Translations under genes and position numbers: made by a program
NCBI RefSeq assembly: GCF_000017945.1
Contig: NC_009776.1
Coordinates: 120,001-152,000, forward strand
Reading direction: 5' to 3'
DNA from: Ignicoccus hospitalis KIN4/I
Lineage (GTDB): Archaea; Thermoproteota; Thermoprotei_A; Sulfolobales; Ignicoccaceae
Length of the DNA stretch: 32,000 nt
Notes under the pieces: model-generated
What the model saw: only the letters and a program-made list of their open reading frames with translations
Database searches by the model: none
What the model was told of the DNA's origin: nothing
Shown: positions 15,275-25,585 of the stretch, one piece after another
Numbering within the stretch: the first letter of the stretch is position 1
How the letters are laid out: each line of letters begins with the position of its first letter

Positions 15275-18200
15275 GTGGGGGACTTCGTGGAAGACTTCGT
15301 CCGCTACCTCAAAGAGATAGCGGCCAAGTGGAGGGAAGAGTGGGAAAGGGCGAGGCTACACGAAGCGGACGTGGACCCTAACAGGCCCAAGTTTTACGTA
15401 ACTGCCGCCTTCCCCTACCCGAACAGTCCTATGCACTTAGGCCACTCGAGAACCTACAGCGTCACGGACGCGTACGCGCGTTTCAAGAGGATGAGGGGAT
15501 TTAACGTACTGTTCCCAATGGGATTCCACTACACCGGTACACCCATAATAGCTATGAGCGAGAAGGTAAAACAAGGGCTCCAAGCTCTTAGGAGCTTAGG
15601 GGAAGTCAAGACCATTCTGGAAGAAATTTGGAAGATCAAGGTAGAGAGGAACTTGTCGATAGGAGAGGCAATCAAGGAATACTTGAGGGGGGCGGGCCGC
15701 GAGGACTTGATGGACAAAACAGACTCGATAGAATACTTGGTACTCTTCTATAAGGTCTTCGAAATACCGGTGGAGGACTTAGAGAAGCTGACTGAGCCGC
15801 TTTCCATGGCAAACTACTTCGCTTCCATTACTGAGGAAGGTATGAAAGAGCTCGGATATATGATAGACTGGAGGCGCAAGTTCACTACGGTCGACCCCGA
15901 CTTCCAGAAGTTCATTACGTGGCAGTTCTTGAAACTCTACGACTTAGGTTACGTAGAGAAGGGGACGCACCCGGTCGCGTGGGACCCGGTCTACGACACT
16001 CCGGTCTCCCAGCACGACACCAAGGGAGACGTGGAGCCGGAAATTGAGGAGTACGACGTGATTCTATTCAAGTTGAAAGACGAGGACTTGTACCTGCCGG
16101 CGGCCACTCTGAGGGCTGAGACCGTCTTCGGGGTTACCAACGTTTGGCTGAACCCCGAGGCGGAGTACGAAGTAGTCGAAGTGGACGGCAAGAGGTGGGT
16201 GCTGAGCAAGAAGGCAGCTTACAAGATAAAGTTCCAAAAGGACGAGGTCAAGTCCCTCGGCCCCATAGATCCTAAGAAACTGCTCAAGAAAATGGTAATC
16301 AACCCGGCGACGGAGGAGGAGGTCCCGGTCCTCCCGGCGAGGTTCGTCGACCCCAACGTGGCCACGGGAGTGGTGATGAGCGTTCCTGCACACGCCCCCT
16401 TCGATTACGTAGCGTTGAAGGAGTTAGAAGGGGATCCCGAGTATTCAGACATAGTCAAGTCGATAGAATTAGTTCAAGTGATTAGGGTCCCGGAGGAGGG
16501 CTTACTAGTCCCCCAGTTGGTAGAGAAGCTCGGTATTAGGGACACTAGCGACAAGAAGAAGTTAGAGGAGGCGACGAGGGAGGTATACTCGAAGGAGTAT
16601 AGGAAGGGAAGGATGTTGGAAAGCGTCTTGGAGAGGGTCAAGGGAGACGAGAGGCTTCGGGCGGCCCTAAAGGCCTTCTTGGGCAACGACCCGGTCCCGG
16701 ACGCCAGGGAGAAGACGGCTAAGTGGCTGAAGCTGTTCGGCGCCGGCGACGTCTTCTACGAGATCAAGAACGCCCCGGTCTACTCTAGGTTCGGCAACGA
16801 GGTGGTAGTGAAGGTACTCAAGGACCAGTGGTTCTTGAACTACGGCGACCCCCAGTGGAAGGAGTTGGCTCGGAAGGCCTTGGCTAGGATGAGGATAATT
16901 CCGGAGAACTTCTTGAAGGAGTTCGAAGACACCATAGACTGGTTGCAAAAGAGGGCTTGTGCGAGGACTAGGGGCCTGGGAACGCCCCTGCCGTGGGACA
17001 AGAGGTGGATCATAGAGAGCTTGAGCGATTCTACGATATACATGGCTTTCTATACTGTCGTCAACATACTTAGGGGCGCGTCGGTGGAGCCGGAGAAGCT
17101 CCAACCCGAGGTGTGGGACTACATAATGTTGGGTAAGGGCAATCCTAAGGAACTGGAGGAGAAGTACGGGATAAGTGCGGCCGTTCTGGAGGAGGCTAGG
17201 AGAAGCTTCGACTACTGGTACCCGGTGGACTCCCGTCACTCGGGGAAGGACTTGATAAGGAACCACCTCACGTTCTTCATATTCAACCATGCTGCGATAT
17301 TCCCAGAGGACAAGTGGCCCCGCCAGATAGTGGTCAACGGCTTCGTGAACTTGGAAGGCAAGAAGATGAGCAAGAGCTTGGGGAACATAATACCGATAAC
17401 GGTAGCCATAAGGAGCTTCGCTCCGGACATAATAAGGTTAGTGTTACTACACTCGGCCGAGTTGGGCAGCGACGCGGACTTCCGCACCGAGATGGTGTCC
17501 AGAGCGATTAGTAACCTCAGAGAGATTAAGTCGATAGTGGAAAAGGTTAAGGATTACAACGGCCCTCGCCCCGCCAACTTGACGATGCTGGACGCTTGGT
17601 ACTTAAGCTCATTCGTCAAGGACGTGGAAAACGTTACGAACATGATGGAAGATCTGAAGATTAGGGAAGTAACGAATGTATTATACTTCATACTGCTGAA
17701 TAGGACGAAGGAGTACCTCAACGCCCTGGAAGCGATGGGCAGGGGGCTGGACGAGGTCGCCAAGTGGGTCTTGAGGTATACGGTGGAGAGGTGGGTGAAG
17801 ATGATGACGCCCTTCACGCCGTTCTTCGCGGAGGAAATGTGGCACGAGTTGGGCTTTAACACCTTCGTGGTGACGGAGCCTTGGCCGGTAAAGGACGAAG
17901 AGCTGGTGAACCCGTTGGCAGAGGCCGCCAAGGAGTACGTAGAGAAGGTGATTGAGGACATCAAAGAAATAATTAAGGTTGCTAAAATTGAGAAACCCAA
18001 GAAGGTGAGGATAGAGGTAGCGTCGCCGGAGCAAGTGAAGATGTTGAAAATGGCAGTGGAGTTCGTAAATAGCGGAAAGAGCTTAAGGGAGTTTATGGCA
18101 GAGGCGACGAAGGTGTTCGGCAAGAAAGAGGCTAAGAGCTTGAGACAAGCGTTCGAGAGGGCAACTTCACTGAGCGAGAGCATGAGAAGCGTCATAGCCA

Positions 18201-18343
18201 GAGGCGAGTTCGACGAGAAGGCTGTCTTGGAGGAGTTCAAGAGGTTGATAGAAGAGGAAGTGGGGAGTGAGGTAGAGATAAGGCGCTACGAGGGCGGGAA
18301 GAAGCGCCCCGAGCCCCTGAGGCCAGCCATTTACGTGGAATAA
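15275..18343 (+). CDS. leuS: Leucyl-tRNA synthetase (archaeal type)
   Basis: Class I motif FPYPNSPMHLGHSRTYS and GKKMSKSLGN; architecture and length (1022 aa) fit archaeal/eukaryotic LeuRS. Confidence 0.97.
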   Translation: MGDFVEDFVRYLKEIAAKWREEWERARLHEADVDPNRPKFYVTAAFPYPNSPMHLGHSRTYSVTDAYARFKRMRGFNVLFPMGFHYTGTPIIAMSEKVKQGLQALRSLGEVKTILEEIWKIKVERNLSIGEAIKEYLRGAGREDLMDKTDSIEYLVLFYKVFEIPVEDLEKLTEPLSMANYFASITEEGMKELGYMIDWRRKFTTVDPDFQKFITWQFLKLYDLGYVEKGTHPVAWDPVYDTPVSQHDTKGDVEPEIEEYDVILFKLKDEDLYLPAATLRAETVFGVTNVWLNPEAEYEVVEVDGKRWVLSKKAAYKIKFQKDEVKSLGPIDPKKLLKKMVINPATEEEVPVLPARFVDPNVATGVVMSVPAHAPFDYVALKELEGDPEYSDIVKSIELVQVIRVPEEGLLVPQLVEKLGIRDTSDKKKLEEATREVYSKEYRKGRMLESVLERVKGDERLRAALKAFLGNDPVPDAREKTAKWLKLFGAGDVFYEIKNAPVYSRFGNEVVVKVLKDQWFLNYGDPQWKELARKALARMRIIPENFLKEFEDTIDWLQKRACARTRGLGTPLPWDKRWIIESLSDSTIYMAFYTVVNILRGASVEPEKLQPEVWDYIMLGKGNPKELEEKYGISAAVLEEARRSFDYWYPVDSRHSGKDLIRNHLTFFIFNHAAIFPEDKWPRQIVVNGFVNLEGKKMSKSLGNIIPITVAIRSFAPDIIRLVLLHSAELGSDADFRTEMVSRAISNLREIKSIVEKVKDYNGPRPANLTMLDAWYLSSFVKDVENVTNMMEDLKIREVTNVLYFILLNRTKEYLNALEAMGRGLDEVAKWVLRYTVERWVKMMTPFTPFFAEEMWHELGFNTFVVTEPWPVKDEELVNPLAEAAKEYVEKVIEDIKEIIKVAKIEKPKKVRIEVASPEQVKMLKMAVEFVNSGKSLREFMAEATKVFGKKEAKSLRQAFERATSLSESMRSVIARGEFDEKAVLEEFKRLIEEEVGSEVEIRRYEGGKKRPEPLRPAIYVE

Positions 18344-18382
18344 ATTATAGCTCTTCGCCCCTGCCTACAGCCGGGGCGAACC

Positions 18383-18676
18383 TTGAGCGAGGAGTGTAAA
18401 ATAGAATTGGGCCCCCCTCACTTGACCAAGTTTGAAAGGGCCGTCATAGTAGGCGTCAGGGCCCTCCAGCTATCGATAGGCGCTCCGCCGTTGATAGACA
18501 TATCCAAGTTGCCTAAGAGGGATGCCCTTATAATAGCGAGGGAAGAGTTGAGGCGGGGCCTGCTCCCAATAACCGTGAAGAGGAGGACGCAGAGCGGCAA
18601 GGAGGTGTTAGTACCTCTTGACTGCTTACTTAAGAAAGAGAAAGAAGTCTTCGGAGAGGTACCGAAGCTCATGTGA
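18383..18676 (+). CDS. rpoK: DNA-directed RNA polymerase subunit K (Rpb6/omega homolog)
   Basis: LTKFERAVIVGVRALQLSIGAPPLID...AREELRRGLLPITVKRR is the canonical RpoK signature. Confidence 0.93.
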   Translation: MSEECKIELGPPHLTKFERAVIVGVRALQLSIGAPPLIDISKLPKRDALIIAREELRRGLLPITVKRRTQSGKEVLVPLDCLLKKEKEVFGEVPKLM

Positions 18677-18680
18677 GTAC

Positions 18681-19523
18681 TTGGCCTCTGACGGTTACCT
18701 CTTAGTCACGCGGCGGGACGCTTGTGGGTGTGAGGGCTACGGCGAGTCCGCCGGCCCGTTCGTGGTTATGAAGAGGCTTGAAACTAAGAACAGCGCGCAT
18801 GTTACCTTAATTTCCATAGCGTTCTTGGCCGCGCTGGCGGTCGCTTACTCCAAGGCGCTCTCGTCAATTAGCACAATAACCTTCGAGACGGCCTTTTTGG
18901 GCTACTTGGGTACGTTGCTGTTGTTAGCGGGCTTTCAGTCCACGCTCAGTTCGCTCATAGCTAGGCTGATGGGTGCGTCGTTGAACGTGACGTGGGTCGT
19001 TGTTCCCTCGCCCTTGCCCTCCCTGTTGCCCTTGTTCACGGCCGAGAGGGCGTTCTGCCGGAGGGGCGACTTCCAGCTCGCCGTGGCCCTCCCCCTCTTG
19101 GCTTCCATGCTCTTGGCGGCCATTCTGTCGCATACCTTGGCGTTCCACGCGTACCCGAAGGGCAAGCCGCAAGTGCTGGAGTCCGTCCCGTTGGCGCTCG
19201 CCGACGCGCCCTCGGGGCCGGTGCAACTGGCCGCACTCGCCTACGCCCTTTCGGCTCTCTTCCAGCTCACCGGCTACCCGTATTCCCCTTCTTGGCCCCT
19301 CTTGGGCCGTTCCAATGCGCTCTTCCCCCTCTCGGTAGGCGTCGCCTTGTCGGTCGACAGACCGGTCTTGGGAGAGCTCTTGGGCGGTTACGTCCTAATG
19401 GCTACCCTGTTCTCCGCCTTCGTTAGGGAGAGGGCCCAGTGGAAGGACCCGTTCTCTAGGACGAGTGTAGTGGCTCTTGCCTCAACCTTGATAACTTTAT
19501 TCCTTGTCGTTCCGGTGGGGTAA
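18681..19523 (+). CDS. Hypothetical polytopic membrane protein
   Basis: Multiple hydrophobic segments (LISIAFLAALAVAYS, GYLGTLLLLAGF, VALPLLASMLLAAIL, VVALASTLITLFLVVPVG). Start uncertain: track 18618, TTG 18681 or ATG 18768. Confidence 0.7.
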   Translation: MASDGYLLVTRRDACGCEGYGESAGPFVVMKRLETKNSAHVTLISIAFLAALAVAYSKALSSISTITFETAFLGYLGTLLLLAGFQSTLSSLIARLMGASLNVTWVVVPSPLPSLLPLFTAERAFCRRGDFQLAVALPLLASMLLAAILSHTLAFHAYPKGKPQVLESVPLALADAPSGPVQLAALAYALSALFQLTGYPYSPSWPLLGRSNALFPLSVGVALSVDRPVLGELLGGYVLMATLFSAFVRERAQWKDPFSRTSVVALASTLITLFLVVPVG

Positions 19524-19528
19524 GTACG

Positions 19529-20017
19529 TTGAACAAGGCGAAGAAGGAAGCTATTGAATGGATAAAGGCTATAATAGAGGCTATTATAATACTTACAGTG
19601 CTTAAGTTCCTCCTCAAGACGAACGTCCCCTTGGCCGCCGTGGCCTCCGGCAGCATGTTGCCTACCTTGGAAAGGGGAGACCTAGTGATAGTTCGGGGGG
19701 TAGCTCCGGACGACGTGAGCGTCGGTGACATAATAGTGTACAAGTCTTGCCAAGGTCCGTTAATAATACACCGCGTCATTAAGGTAGTAAAAGTAGGTTC
19801 GCAATATTATTACGTTACGAAGGGCGATAACAACCCCGACAGCGACTACTTCTTGGGACAGTTCGTCGACTGTAGGACCGGGCGACCCCTTCCCGGCGTG
19901 CCCTACGAGAGGGTGGAGGGCGAGGTCCTCGAAACGTTCGGTTATACAATCAAAGTCCCTTACTTAGGCTACGTCGCGCTGTTCGCGTTCCCGTTCCTCT
20001 GGTGGGTGTCGCGCTGA
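19529..20017 (+). CDS. Signal peptidase I (archaeal Sec11-like)
   Basis: VASGSMLPTLERGDLVIVRG with catalytic Ser; IIHRVIKV; YYVTKGDNNPDSD. Confidence 0.92.
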   Translation: MNKAKKEAIEWIKAIIEAIIILTVLKFLLKTNVPLAAVASGSMLPTLERGDLVIVRGVAPDDVSVGDIIVYKSCQGPLIIHRVIKVVKVGSQYYYVTKGDNNPDSDYFLGQFVDCRTGRPLPGVPYERVEGEVLETFGYTIKVPYLGYVALFAFPFLWWVSR

Positions 20018-20505
20018 AAGAGCGCCATTATCCTTCCGATCAGGCTCGCGTCCTTCGAGTCCTCTTGGCATTTGAGCATCTTCTCCGCGAGTTTGGTTAC
20101 CGTCTCCCTCTCGGGCTCAACGATCTGTTTGCACAGCTCTTCGCTCTTCCACTTGTTCCACAGCTTGGAGGCCCTCAGCACCTTTCTGTAGGTCTCACAG
20201 CTCTCGCAAGTGTCTTTGAGCTTGTCTAGGTTCTTATCTATCCACCTTTCTATATACTTAACGCTTTCGTTGAGCTTCTTCATAACCAAAACTACGTTCA
20301 TTAGAACTTCGTTAAGCGCCTCGAGCTTCCATTGGGCCTTCTTAACGTCCTCGCACATATCTATGCCGCTTTCCATGAACCTCATGTAATTTGTGAAAGT
20401 CTTTAAAATATCGCTATACATAATGACTTTGTTCAAATTGACGACGAGGCCGCTGAGCTCGTCCTCCGGTATGAGGTTCCTCGCCTCTTCTATCTCGCTG
20501 TGCAT
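19969..20505 (-). CDS. Hypothetical helical protein
   Basis: MHSEIEEARNLIPEDELSGL...CESCETYRKVLRASKLWNKW. Track start at 20610 is probably too early because the preceding 35 aa are Pro/Arg-rich and not coding-like. Convergent 3' overlap of 49 bp with signal peptidase. Confidence 0.6.
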   Translation of the reverse strand: MHSEIEEARNLIPEDELSGLVVNLNKVIMYSDILKTFTNYMRFMESGIDMCEDVKKAQWKLEALNEVLMNVVLVMKKLNESVKYIERWIDKNLDKLKDTCESCETYRKVLRASKLWNKWKSEELCKQIVEPERETVTKLAEKMLKCQEDSKDASLIGRIMALFQRDTHQRNGNANSAT

Positions 20506-20581
20506 TTCGATTAGAGGTGTGGGCAGGCGCGGCACCGGCCCCACGTGTGGGTGCTCGAGGCTGACCTTATATGGACGGGGC

Positions 20582-21184
20582 TCACGAGGCCTCAGATAAC
20601 AACATCTCATGAATCCTGGTGTCGCTCGTTAGTTCGGGATGGAAGGACGTGGCTATTATGTTGCCTTGCTTTACCATCACTGCGTTCCCCTTGAACTCGC
20701 CCAACACCTCCACGGCGGGGCTTAGGGGGACCATCACGGGGGCCCTTATGAACACTCCCCTGAACGTCCCTATTCCCTTTATGTTCAAGTTGGCCTCGAA
20801 GCTCTCCCTCTGCCTCCCAAAGAAGTTCCTAACTACCTTAAAGTCCGCGACCCCCAACAAGGGCTCGTAGCGCTTGCCGCTCTGCTTGTCTTCTATCTCC
20901 CTCGCCAACAGTGCGGCGCCGGCGCACGTCCCGAGCGCCGGCAAGCCCTCGAGGAGGGCCTCCTTGAGGCGCTTGTCCAAGCCAGTCCTCTTACCTAACT
21001 TGTACATGGCGGTGCTTTCCCCTCCGGGCAGCACTATCGCCCTCAAGGAGTTCAAGTGCTCCGGCTTCCTAACTTCCACCACTTCCACTTCTTTGCCCAA
21101 CCTCTTGGCGGCTTCCCTTATCATGTAGATGTGTTCGACCACGCCGCCTTGAAGCGCCAAGACGCCGACCTTCAACTCACTCAC
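20582..21184 (-). CDS. pdxT: Pyridoxal 5'-phosphate synthase glutaminase subunit
   Basis: [50 protein letters not shown]. Confidence 0.97.
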   Translation of the reverse strand: MSELKVGVLALQGGVVEHIYMIREAAKRLGKEVEVVEVRKPEHLNSLRAIVLPGGESTAMYKLGKRTGLDKRLKEALLEGLPALGTCAGAALLAREIEDKQSGKRYEPLLGVADFKVVRNFFGRQRESFEANLNIKGIGTFRGVFIRAPVMVPLSPAVEVLGEFKGNAVMVKQGNIIATSFHPELTSDTRIHEMLLSEAS

Positions 21185-22205
21185 CCCTAACCTGCAACAG
21201 CTCTTCGGGCTTGAGCTGTTTTACGTCAATGCCCATCATACTCTTCCTCTCGCTTATCATGGACTGCGCTTCGAGTACGGCCTCGGGATCCATCCAAAGG
21301 GACGTCGCGAGGACTATCGCTTCAGCCCTCTGGCGGGGGTCCTCGCTCTTGAAGATCCCGGAGCCTACGAACACTCCGTCGGCGCCCAGCCACATCATGA
21401 GTGCGGCGTCCGCTGGGGTGGCGATGCCCCCGGCGGCGAAGTTGACCACCGGTAGCCTCCTAAGCCTAGCGACGAGCTCCACGAGCTCGTAACTCACGCC
21501 CATCTCTCTGGCCTTTAGGACCCTATCCTCCTCGCTCATGGAGACTATTTCCCTAATCTCTCCCATAACAGTCTTCATGTGCTTTACTGCCTCCACCACG
21601 TTGCCGGTCCCCGCCTCTCCCTTAGTCCTTATCATTGACGCGCCCTCGCTGATCCTCCTGAGCGCCTCTCCCAAGTTCCTAGCGCCGTTGACGAAGGGTA
21701 CTTTAAACAGCCACTTATTTATGTGGTGTTTCTCGTCCGCCGGCGTCAGTACTTCGCTCTCGTCTATCATGTCTACGCCCAGCGCTTCCAGTACCTTCGC
21801 CTCCATGAAGTGCCCTATCCTAACCTTGGCCATAACTGGGAGGGAGATAGAATCCATAACTTCTCTGATTACGTTTACGTCCGCCATCCTGGCGACGCCG
21901 CCGCTCTTCCTTATGTCGTAGGGAAGCTTGTCCAGCACCATTACCGCGACGGCCCCCGCGTCCTCCGCTATTTCGGCTTGCTCTATGTTGGTAACGTCCA
22001 TGATAACGCCGCCCTTCTGATACACCGGGAAGCCGAGCTTCGCGCGGACGGTCCCTTTGGCTACCTCTCGTTCCACTTCACGGGGGTCGGGCAAGTAAGT
22101 CCACAAGCCTTCCTCCTTCAGCTTGTCGGCAGTCTCCGCGAGCTTGTAGAAGAAGTTGGCTATAGCGTCAAAACCAACTTCTACTAATCCGTCCCTGTGC
22201 CTCAA
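21177..22205 (-). CDS. pdxS: Pyridoxal 5'-phosphate synthase lyase subunit
   Basis: [46 protein letters not shown], strongly conserved. TATA 'ttatatacg' near 22239-22247 favours TTG 22205 over GTG 22223. Confidence 0.97.
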   Translation of the reverse strand: MRHRDGLVEVGFDAIANFFYKLAETADKLKEEGLWTYLPDPREVEREVAKGTVRAKLGFPVYQKGGVIMDVTNIEQAEIAEDAGAVAVMVLDKLPYDIRKSGGVARMADVNVIREVMDSISLPVMAKVRIGHFMEAKVLEALGVDMIDESEVLTPADEKHHINKWLFKVPFVNGARNLGEALRRISEGASMIRTKGEAGTGNVVEAVKHMKTVMGEIREIVSMSEEDRVLKAREMGVSYELVELVARLRRLPVVNFAAGGIATPADAALMMWLGADGVFVGSGIFKSEDPRQRAEAIVLATSLWMDPEAVLEAQSMISERKSMMGIDVKQLKPEELLQVRGE

Positions 22206-22238
22206 ACCTTCGACCCGAGGCACTACCTTCCTGTGAGG

Positions 22239-22247
22239 CGTATATAA
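22239..22247 (-). promoter_or_regulatory. TATA box for pdxS-pdxT
   Basis: Reverse-strand TTATATACG in the divergent intergenic region between pdxS and LSm genes. Confidence 0.6.
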
Positions 22248-22309
22248 GTCTCGAGCGCATGGAACCGCTTTAAGCTAACGAGCTCTGATGGGAAGGCGGG
22301 AAAGAAGCG

Positions 22310-22585
22310 ATGGCGCGCGGCCAAGAGAAAGGTAAGCTGAACCTCGAGAACCCGTTGAAGTACTTGAGGGCGGCAGTGGACAACGTGGTACTAGTGAGGC
22401 TGAAGGACGGCAACGAATACGTGGGCAAGCTCGTCTTCACTGATAACACAATGAACTTGATACTCGACGACTGCACCGAGCTTTCCCCAGAGACCGGAGA
22501 GCCCGTAGCCAAGTACGGCCGGATCATGATCAGAGGGAGTTACGTACTCTTCATAAGTCTGGACTATCACAAGGTCATGAAATAG
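22310..22585 (+). CDS. Sm-like archaeal protein (LSm)
   Basis: Sm1: [37 protein letters not shown]; Sm2: [16 protein letters not shown]. Confidence 0.95.
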   Translation: MARGQEKGKLNLENPLKYLRAAVDNVVLVRLKDGNEYVGKLVFTDNTMNLILDDCTELSPETGEPVAKYGRIMIRGSYVLFISLDYHKVMK

Positions 22586-22595
22586 GTGACCGGAA

Positions 22596-23801
22596 ATGAA
22601 GAACGTAACCGTAACCAAGCTCCCCCTTCCACCACAGGACGAGTTAGACGTGGAGATAGTTGAGAGGAAGGGGACCGGACACCCGGACTACATAGCCGAC
22701 GCGGTCTCCGAGGAGGCCAGCAGACAACTCTCTCTGTACTACCTCAAGGAGTTCGGCCACGTCTTCCACCACAACTTGGACAAGACCTTGCTGGTGGGCG
22801 GTCAAGCCTCCCCTAGGTTCGGAGGGGGCGACGTGCTCCAGCCCATCTACATCATAATCTCCGGCAGGGCGGTGACGGAGGTGAGGACTGACGACGGCGT
22901 GGTGGACGTGCCCTTGGGTACGGTGTTACTAAAGGCCGCCAAGGACTGGTTGAAGAAAAACTTACCGCACTTGGACGTCGAACACCACGTGGTGGTGGAC
23001 TACAAGGTAGGTAAGGGCTCTGCGGACTTAGTGGGCGTGTTCGAGTTGGGCAAGACCGTGCCTCTCGCCAACGACACTTCGGTGGGAGTAGGCTTCGCCC
23101 CGTTCAGTACGTTAGAGAAATTGGTTTACACCGTCGAACGCAAGCTGAATTCCGCCGAAACCAAGGCAAAAATCAAGGCACTGGGCGAGGACATAAAGGT
23201 AATGGGCCTCCGCATGAAGAACAAGATAAAGTTAACCGTCGCGGCGGCCATAGTCTCGGAGTACGTCAGGGACGCGGGGGAGTACGCGGCGGTTAAGGAG
23301 GAAGTGAAGGAAATAGTGGAGGCAGTGGCTCACGAGGTGGCGCCAAACCACGAGGTGGAGGTCTTCATCAACACTGCCGACAACCCCGAGAAAGGAATAT
23401 TCTACTTGACCGTCACCGGGACCAGCGCCGAGCACGGGGACGACGGAGCTACGGGGAGGGGCAACAGGGTGAACGGGCTGATAACTCCTATGAGGCCCAT
23501 GAGCTTGGAGGCGGCGGCTGGGAAGAACCCCGTCAACCACGTAGGCAAGCTGTACAACGTCTTGGCCAACATAGCTGCACAGAAAGTAGTGGAAGAAGTT
23601 CCCGAAACGAAGGAGGTCTACTTAGAAATACTCAGCCAGATAGGAAGGCCCATCACCGACCCACTCATAGCGGCGGTCAGAGTCAAGGGAGAGTTGACGC
23701 CCACAATCGAGAAGAGGGTGAAGGAAATAATAGAGGCGGAGCTCGACAGACTACCCATGATAACCAAGGAGATATTAGAAGGTAAGATAAGCGTCTTCTA
23801 G
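22596..23801 (+). CDS. mat: Archaeal-type S-adenosylmethionine synthetase
   Basis: [27 protein letters not shown]...[14 protein letters not shown]...[47 protein letters not shown]. Confidence 0.97.
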   Translation: MKNVTVTKLPLPPQDELDVEIVERKGTGHPDYIADAVSEEASRQLSLYYLKEFGHVFHHNLDKTLLVGGQASPRFGGGDVLQPIYIIISGRAVTEVRTDDGVVDVPLGTVLLKAAKDWLKKNLPHLDVEHHVVVDYKVGKGSADLVGVFELGKTVPLANDTSVGVGFAPFSTLEKLVYTVERKLNSAETKAKIKALGEDIKVMGLRMKNKIKLTVAAAIVSEYVRDAGEYAAVKEEVKEIVEAVAHEVAPNHEVEVFINTADNPEKGIFYLTVTGTSAEHGDDGATGRGNRVNGLITPMRPMSLEAAAGKNPVNHVGKLYNVLANIAAQKVVEEVPETKEVYLEILSQIGRPITDPLIAAVRVKGELTPTIEKRVKEIIEAELDRLPMITKEILEGKISVF

Positions 23802-24076
23802 CCTCCCTTCCCAGCGGGCTTGCCCCAATACGTAGTCGTAAACAGTAGTATTATCATTGCTAAGGCCAGCAAGGCGGCTATTAGGAGCGCGAACCAGCCC
23901 AGCTTGCCGCCGCCTATAGCTATGGGGAACGGGCCGATGAAGATTATCGCCCCACCTCCCCACTCCACCTCGCCGCCCCTCAAGACTATCATCATTAGTA
24001 ACCCGATAAAAATCAAAAACACGCCTAAGATTATGAGCCCGAAGCCCAATGCGCTCGGATTAAGAGCCTCTTCCAA
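23798..24076 (-). CDS. DUF131/TIGR00304-like small membrane protein
   Basis: 92 aa, two hydrophobic helices flanking GGAIIFIGPFPIAIG. Confidence 0.75.
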   Translation of the reverse strand: MEEALNPSALGFGLIILGVFLIFIGLLMMIVLRGGEVEWGGGAIIFIGPFPIAIGGGKLGWFALLIAALLALAMIILLFTTTYWGKPAGKGG

Positions 24077-24099
24077 CGCTCGACCCGAGGGGTTCTTGC

Positions 24100-24684
24100 G
24101 TGAAGCACTACTTCAAGGGAGGGGCCGGCGGGCGGCCGGAAGTGGTCGGGGCTTGGATAAGGGGAGCCCCCCTGAAGTTCATAGTTCCGAGGGGGTTGTT
24201 CTCGAGCTCTAAGGTGGACCTAGGTACGGCGCTCTTGGCGGAATTTATGGAAATTCCTAAGGAGGGCAAGGTATTGGACGTAGGCTGCGGTTACGGAGTG
24301 TTAGGCATATTGATGGCGAAACTGAACCCCAACTTAGAAGTTTACATGGTTGACGTGAACCCTGTGGCGGTCGACGCCGCTAAGAGGAACGCCGAGCTGA
24401 ACGGGGTGAGGGTAACCGTTTTACAAGGGAACTTGTACGAGCCCACAGACTTGTTGGGTATAAAGGACTTCTCAACAATTGTCAGCAACCCTCCGTTGGC
24501 GGCCGGGAAGGAGGTGGTGAAGGAAATAATAGAAGGCGCGCCCGCGAGGCTGAAGAGCGGGGGCTCGCTTCAGCTAGTGATGGCCCAAGGCGGTGACTGG
24601 GCGAAGGGCGTAATGGAGGAATACTTCAAGGAGGTGGAGGTTAAGAGGAAGAAGGGTTACGCGCTCCTTCGCGGGTACGTCTAA
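24100..24684 (+). CDS. Class I SAM-dependent methyltransferase (MTS/RsmC-like)
   Basis: VLDVGCGYGVLGILMAKL (SAM-binding) and FSTIVSNPPL (NPP motif). Confidence 0.9.
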   Translation: MKHYFKGGAGGRPEVVGAWIRGAPLKFIVPRGLFSSSKVDLGTALLAEFMEIPKEGKVLDVGCGYGVLGILMAKLNPNLEVYMVDVNPVAVDAAKRNAELNGVRVTVLQGNLYEPTDLLGIKDFSTIVSNPPLAAGKEVVKEIIEGAPARLKSGGSLQLVMAQGGDWAKGVMEEYFKEVEVKRKKGYALLRGYV

Positions 24685-24872
24685 GGGCTTACCACTTGGG
24701 CTTGCACGGACCTCAGTACGGCCAGCCTCTGCTGCTCCATAGTCCACCAGACGTTTATAAACCACGCCATTACCAGTATTGTCATAAAGAATGTGAGGAA
24801 CAAGAGCATGTTAAGCGGCGTTAAGTACTCCGATATGATATCGGCGAGTAGGCCCCTTCGCCACTTCTTCAC
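24681..24872 (-). CDS. Small single-pass membrane protein
   Basis: 63 aa with hydrophobic helix PLNMLLFLTFFMTILVMAWFINVWW. Confidence 0.55.
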   Translation of the reverse strand: MKKWRRGLLADIISEYLTPLNMLLFLTFFMTILVMAWFINVWWTMEQQRLAVLRSVQAQVVSP

Positions 24873-24937
24873 TACCCTTTCCCGAGGGCCCTATGATTAC
24901 TTTAATTTTTACACTTTATCGCCCTGGGAAACAGCTT

Positions 24938-25549
24938 TTGGAGACGCTCGTCTTCAAGGGAGTGTGGAAGGTCTACAGTAATAAGGTAGTACTAAAGGAT
25001 TTCAACTTAATCGTCTTCGAAGGGGAGGTTGTGAGGCTAGAGGGTCCCAACGGCTCCGGCAAGACGACGGTCTTGAAGTTGGCCTCCGGAATAGAGCGCC
25101 CCACGCGCGGCGAGGTCTACGTGGCGGGCTCGAGGCCTTGGTCCCCCTCCGGCAAGAGGGCGTTCGGCGTAGTGATGCACGGGAACATGACCTATCCCGA
25201 GCTCACCGTACGAGAGAACATAGAGTTCTTCGTGAAGCTTTATAAAGCCGACAAGGATTACGCTTTCGAGTTAGCCAATAAGATAGGCCTCGACGACAAG
25301 TTAGATCAGAGGGCCTCGGAGCTGAGCTTCGGGTGGAGGAAGAGGCTAGAGATGGTTAGGGCCTTGTTACACAAGCCGAAGCTCCTCTTGTTGGACGAAC
25401 CGTTCGTCGGCCTTGACAAAAGGGGGTTAGAGGATATAATGACAATACTCAAGTCGGTCAATGAAGAAGGCGTAAGCATAGTCTATACTGCGCCGACGGG
25501 CGTGCCCTACTCGGTCAGGCCCGACGAGAGGGTAGTCTCCTTAGCGTAA
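24938..25549 (+). CDS. ABC transporter ATP-binding protein
   Basis: LEGPNGSGKTTVLKLASG, SELSFGWRKRLEMVRAL, LLLLDEPFVGLD. Track start 24893 lies in an AT-rich promoter-like stretch; a TTG near 24938 is more plausible. Confidence 0.85.
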   Translation: METLVFKGVWKVYSNKVVLKDFNLIVFEGEVVRLEGPNGSGKTTVLKLASGIERPTRGEVYVAGSRPWSPSGKRAFGVVMHGNMTYPELTVRENIEFFVKLYKADKDYAFELANKIGLDDKLDQRASELSFGWRKRLEMVRALLHKPKLLLLDEPFVGLDKRGLEDIMTILKSVNEEGVSIVYTAPTGVPYSVRPDERVVSLA

Positions 25550-25585
25550 GCTTGTACAAGTTTACAAAAGCCGGATACGCGTAAA

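Noticed and set aside
16667-17290. 207-aa minus-strand ORF inside leuS
   Set aside because: Antisense shadow of the conserved LeuRS catalytic region; no promoter or family signal.
18992-19426. Several long + and - ORFs overlapping 18.9-19.4 kb
   Set aside because: They are GC-rich shadow ORFs on other frames of a well-supported membrane protein gene, with Arg/Pro/Ala-rich composition typical of spurious translation.
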